From positions 1-24,436 of the IMG/VR virus record IMGVR_UViG_3300020042_000745: a stretch of DNA of 24,436 bases; one strand, given 5' to 3'. The translations under genes were made by a program, and so were the position numbers. Positions 24,071 to 24,436 of this stretch are shown piece after piece (positions within the stretch are counted from its first letter, which is position 1; each line of letters begins with the position of its first letter). This DNA comes from a virus (taxonomy: Duplodnaviria; Caudoviricetes). The notes under the pieces are model-generated. The model was given only the letters and a program-made list of their open reading frames with translations, had not been told where the DNA came from and did no database searches.

Positions 24071-24436
24071 TGGATCTAGAAGAACTGGCAAAACAGTATG
24101 GCGGTGTTTCAACCAAAGTTGAACCAGTTAATCTAAACGAACTAGCTAAGAGGTTTGGCGGTACATCACGCCCTGTTAAAAAGCTTTCAGCTTCAGAAGC
24201 CTTTACCGACCCTGCGGCTAAGTTTGCCTCGGGCATTGGTCAGTTAATCCAGTTTCCCGGTCAAATCTACGGCCTGACTACAGGTGCTATTAAAGACAAA
24301 GACTTTGGAACTACGGGCTTGCAAGGCCTAGGTCAGAACTTACAAGAATATGCTAGAAAGAAATTGTCTGAAAGTTACCTGTCAGACGAAGCTGAAATTG
24401 AACGTAAAGTTAAAGAAGCTGAGAAAAAAGGCGAGC
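24070..24436 (+). CDS. N-terminus of a further probable internal virion protein, truncated by the window edge; not in the ORF track
   Basis: TAATG coupling; frame open to the window end: MDLEELAKQYGGVSTKVEPVNLNELAKRFGGTSRPVKK... Confidence 0.75.
   Translation, partial: MDLEELAKQYGGVSTKVEPVNLNELAKRFGGTSRPVKKLSASEAFTDPAAKFASGIGQLIQFPGQIYGLTTGAIKDKDFGTTGLQGLGQNLQEYARKKLSESYLSDEAEIERKVKEAEKKGE

Noticed and set aside
1104-24236. All minus-strand ORFs and short alternative-frame plus-strand ORFs in the track (e.g. 2038-2454, 2878-3288, 7184-7567, 13822-14175, 19177-19533)
   Set aside because: They lie within or across well-supported, coupled + strand genes and show no recognisable motifs; treated as shadow ORFs.
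1-24436. tRNA/rRNA genes, integrase, transposase, introns or inteins, stop-codon recoding
   Set aside because: Almost no intergenic space apart from 759-897, no such motifs seen, and genes read through cleanly in the standard code with TAA, TGA and TAG all used as stops.
1-24436. Specific host or taxonomic assignment
   Set aside because: The gene content recalls uncultured aquatic proteobacterial podovirus-like phages, but nothing in this window identifies a host or genus.

Overview
The whole window is the late (virion morphogenesis and lysis) region of a tailed dsDNA phage, most likely podovirus-like. All credible genes are on the + strand, tightly packed, and many have overlapping stop/start codons. 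Gene order: 3' part of a Mu gpT-like major capsid gene; a terminator overlapping a sigma70-like promoter; a highly base-paired intergenic RNA (candidate Mu-gpT-DE-type motif); two small head-associated genes; a cluster of small Lys/Gly/Met-rich proteins; two head-tail adaptor-like genes with inserted beta-rich domains; a Zn-finger gene; tail and fibre genes; three receptor-binding-protein + chaperone cassettes (two beta-propellers and one DUF1566/C-type-lectin-like protein); a lysis cassette (holin-like protein, GH24 lysozyme); a P22 gp10-like nozzle gene; and large internal virion (ejection-type) proteins running off the right end. Four real-looking ORFs are missing from the supplied track (4717-4890, 13704-13796, 13800-13952, 24070->24436). 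The most interesting signals are (1) a hydrophobic-x-x-Gly-Gly motif at module boundaries of the small basic and internal proteins, a candidate cargo-targeting or processing signal; (2) the pseudoknotted RNA after the capsid gene; and (3) a bipartite fibre anchor that is intact in one receptor-binding protein but split between the other two. All family assignments come from motif recognition by eye, not from database searches.
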